Origin: Octopus vulgaris
Lineage: Eukaryota
Direction: 5' to 3'
Assembly: GCA_951406725.2 (NCBI GenBank)
Contig: OX597815.1
Location: 16,554,001-16,618,000 of the forward strand
DNA: 64,000 nucleotides
The notes beneath the pieces were generated by a model, which saw only the letters and a list, made by a program, of their open reading frames with translations, did no database searches and was not told the origin of the DNA. A program made the translations under genes and the position numbers. Below are positions 61,501-64,000 of the stretch, in pieces; the stretch's first letter is position 1, and each line of letters starts with the position of its first letter.

Positions 61501-62429
61501 ACCTACTGTTCCTTATAAAAATTCGCCTTCTCCTCGTCTTGAGGTCTTTGATTCGAGAGCGTTTAAGGTCTAACCACTGACCACACAAGACACAGCTAGT
61601 TCCAGCGACAATGCCAGACGACCTGTCCGACAGTATTACGGCAACCACCATCATCTTCTTAACGTCGTCAACATCATCTCTCTACACTGCACAGGTTCTA
61701 ACATAGCACTGTTTGTGAACTACTTCACTATGATTAATAGCGAATATGCAACCTGCGAGAACTCTTGTACAAGTGACCCAGGCAGCAGCATTTCAGCCAC
61801 AACTTCACGCACGACACGTACCGCAACTTCAGCTCTGTATCATCGCCGCAATTTCTTGATACAGTATTTCAACTTCCGTGTACAATTGACTACGAACTAG
61901 TATATATATGCATAAGCAAACACATGGCATGCATATACGAAGAACGCTGGCAAAACATGCAGCATGAAAAACGCTCGAACATCAACACTTAGACAAAAAG
62001 AGATAAATCCAAGGCTGTGAGGAGTTTTCAGACATTTATAAGGAAAGTGATATAGATATAGTCTTACAGCTGTTTCTGTGATATTGTGGATATCCCTTCA
62101 TCAGAGATGATGTGAGATGGTTAAATAGAGGTAAATGTTTAAGTTCGAAATAAGGAATTATTGTGGAAAAGGAGGAGATAGAGAATATAGATGGAAATAA
62201 GACAATGAAAGTAGAAATGAGCAACACCGAAGTCACGGCTCTATACTTAGAAATGACTAAACATGAACCACTATTGGAACTGCATGTCTTTTCCAATAGT
62301 ATTAACCATGGTCATTTGTCGTTTTGTTTGTGGAATTTAGTCTTCTGAGATTAATCTTCACTCGTTGTTCCTATGTTTTTGTTGGCCTCTCTCTGTGCCA
62401 GTTCCACTCATCTGGAATCCCCAGCATTT

Positions 62430-62660
62430 CGTTATGAAACTAATATCTTTTATAGGCATTATATCCCTACACTTGCGCAATCTTCTCTCTTGTATATTAC
62501 ACCTGATCCCTTTTCAATTCAGTCTTCAATCAGTTCATTTGCATTCATATATAGAATATAGGGGATCATGTTTGCCACGTTTCTTTGCAGCCTTCCAAAA
62601 CTTTCACATTCAAAGCCCATGTCTCACTACAATACAACATTGCATGAATTTGGACATGTA
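62430..62660 (-). mobile_element. Old RTE fragment
   Basis: AMLYCSETWAL..IRCNIQERRLR peptide remnants. Confidence 0.65.
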
Positions 62661-64000
62661 CCTAATGTTCTGACTCGTGTTGTCAAGGAATCAATTCGAA
62701 AGGATGGGATGCACTATCATGCTGTTTTAGAACTGAGAGATGGTACCGACCAGTAGAAATAGTAATATAATCAAATGGTCCCAGACATATCAACGATCTA
62801 GGAGCCCATTGACCTGAACGTAGCGATGGTAAATGCACTGATGGGATAGACTGGGACGCTCGTTTGTTTGGGAAATATCAGCCAAATCTCCTGGAAATGA
62901 TACTCTACAGCGGATAATGAGACATGTGTGCACAGTGTTTGAATAAAAGATGGGATGTCCTTAACTTTGATCATAGGTTTGCTGGATCGAGTCTGACCCG
63001 GGATTAAACATTAACAATTACATAGAAGCACACGAATGGTTCAAAGAAATGATGAATAATACAGAAAGGATGCTTCCATATAGAACTGGTATGTAGATTA
63101 CCTCCCTTGAACATTTCGACCTAAAATTGATTCCTGCTTTTATTACGCCTTGAATAGATAGGTACAATAATTTCGCAATCGGTTCCACTATAAGTAGACT
63201 CTTACTTCTAACTCAGAATCTTACTGAAGGAACCTGCCAAGTTATGATGAATATTTCTATTGAAACGTTATATATCGTTCATTTGAACGTACGTTTTATT
63301 TCTTAAGACATTAGTATTGTATAAGATTTTATAGGCTAGATATATTTAGAATAGATTTATTGCTCTTTACTGTCATTATCTCTGTGATGCAAATGAATAA
63401 AACAAATGGCATACAGTAAAATTTACATTTATTTTGAGATACTTTAATCTCTCCCAGACAGGTATTCTATAACAGCATAAAGACTCCCCCATTTACAATC
63501 AAGGGGCATTAACTCAAATGAAAACTGAAGAGAGGAGCATGCGTATGTTTTGTATATCGATTTCCCGCCTTAATGAAAATAAAGTATCGGAGAGAAATAA
63601 AATACCCCATTGCTTTTATTTAGGCCAAGTTAATACCATATTTTAACGTTTTCGGTTAGAATACTGACGAGATTATTTTTGCTTGTTACCCATTGAAGTA
63701 AATCCATGAAGTAAATATTCAATTTCGACCCTGATCGAGCAGACCTATGCCTAAAAGCGTTCTAACCATGACCTGTGCTTTTAAAAAAAAAAACTGTTAT
63801 TCAATGTATCCTTTTATTTAAGATTGCAAAGTGTACTTTGAAGAAAATTTGGCTGCTATTTCTTGCAAGTCTAATGACCACATACAGGCGGCACCATTGA
63901 CTCGCTTATAAGGTATAATCGATCGATTATAACAATGTGTTTATCGAAGGTTTGGGGACCCATGGCCCTCTTTTAAACCGCAATACTTCCGCCCTTTAAT

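Overview
AT-rich, microsatellite- and transposon-dense eukaryotic DNA. The SINE, LINE and microsatellite content suggests an octopus genome (inference). The only credible host gene is on the minus strand: a 1981-aa ZNF800-like zinc-finger protein encoded in one uninterrupted ORF (13234-19179), with a 57-bp (19-aa) and a 21-bp (7-aa) coding tandem array. It has a splice acceptor 13 nt upstream of the ATG and a probable non-coding first exon and CpG-rich promoter near 45.0-45.8 kb, implying an intron of about 26 kb. The rest is Tc1/mariner, piggyBac-like and hAT-like MITEs, Helitrons, three tRNA-derived SINE families, and RTE, CR1, Dong/R4 and Penelope-like fragments. The most unusual signal is a set of type I hammerhead ribozyme motifs in several unrelated repeats. 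One is intact inside a retrozyme-like direct repeat (4053-4114), one carries a compensatory G3:C8 core swap (55803-55853), and decayed pairs sit in two long inverted repeats. Almost all other ORFs in the track are microsatellite or antisense artefacts. All calls were made by eye; no searches or folding were run.
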